From Azolla caroliniana (Eukaryota > Plantae > Polypodiophyta), in NCBI GenBank assembly GCA_043228905.1, contig JBHGNT010000004.1, forward strand, positions 11,346,001 through 11,410,000: DNA of 64,000 nt. The letters run 5' to 3'. The translations under genes and the position numbers were made by a program. Shown here piece after piece: positions 63,441 to 64,000 of this stretch. Position 1 is the first letter of the stretch; every line of letters begins with the position of its first letter. The notes under the pieces are model-generated. The model saw only the letters and a list, made by a program, of their open reading frames with translations, had not been told where the DNA came from and made no database searches.

Positions 63441-64000
63441 TGAAGCACATCTAGCGTAGGTACCACTGGATCTGGGAGCGAGTAGAAGATCGAGAGTTCA
63501 TGCTGACGAAGATCCACACGGAGGAGAACGGGTCACATATGCTGACCAAGGTGCTGACACCCGACAAGCTGGACACATGCCGGAAGCAGATCGGACTGAC
63601 GAGGCATCCCATATCGGAGTGAAGGAGGAGTTTGTTAGGATTTCGGTGCCTCTGGATGGTATGATGAAGGCCCGGTGAGAACCGGATGATGAATACCTGG
63701 CAAGGAAGACCCGGTGAGAACCAGATGTTGCAGGCCCGGTGAGAACCTCTCACCAAATGAAGGGACATATATGTAAACATGTTCCAAAGAGTCCATTGGG
63801 GCTATATTTGTAAATAGCCCAAAAGTCATATTAGTATAAATATGACCTAGGGCAAACTCTTGAGTGGGTTGTTGTCATTATCATTGTATAGAGTTATGGT
63901 GTGTAACTACTGTACACACAGAGAGAGAGAGAGATAGAGAGAGATATAGAGCGAGTCTCTGTTGTAACTACCGCCAGGCAAAGATTGTGAGCAAGAGGTT
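63441..64000 (+). mobile_element. Second Copia 3' end: RNase H tail, PPT and 3' LTR from 63633 (runs off the window)
   Basis: KHI*RRYHWI.E...KIHTEENGSHMLTK, then GAAGGAGGAG-TT-TGTTAGGA. Confidence 0.85.

Overview
Eukaryotic plant DNA, probably from a seed-free land plant (inferred from the TE lineages and the CYP86-clan gene). The window is a nest of transposable elements around one host gene, a 6-exon CYP704-like cytochrome P450 (24604-31547, +). Left arm: a hAT transposase pseudogene, a truncated self-priming (Tf1/Tcn1-type) Gypsy, and a minus-strand Copia. The Copia gag is split by a TIR-bounded insertion (about 4252-17666). That insertion carries a decayed, intron-containing beta-class N6-adenine/N4-cytosine DNA methyltransferase gene and is itself interrupted by a young 10.15-kb Gypsy (6819-16970, 371-bp LTRs, ATTTT TSD) with an extra 3' ORF. 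Right arm: a second Copia, a rearranged TRIM/LARD-like element, three related non-chromovirus Gypsy copies (tRNA-Trp PBS seen in one), a chromovirus and Copia RNase H ends. Most notable: (1) the mobile amino-methyltransferase gene; (2) antisense tRNA-like Pol III A/B-box cassettes in the U3 of two unrelated LTR lineages; (3) the extra ORF with its own TATA box; (4) a conserved -1 frameshift and pseudoknot between protease and RT; (5) a captured 25S rRNA fragment. All calls come from reading and hand translation. No searches were run.
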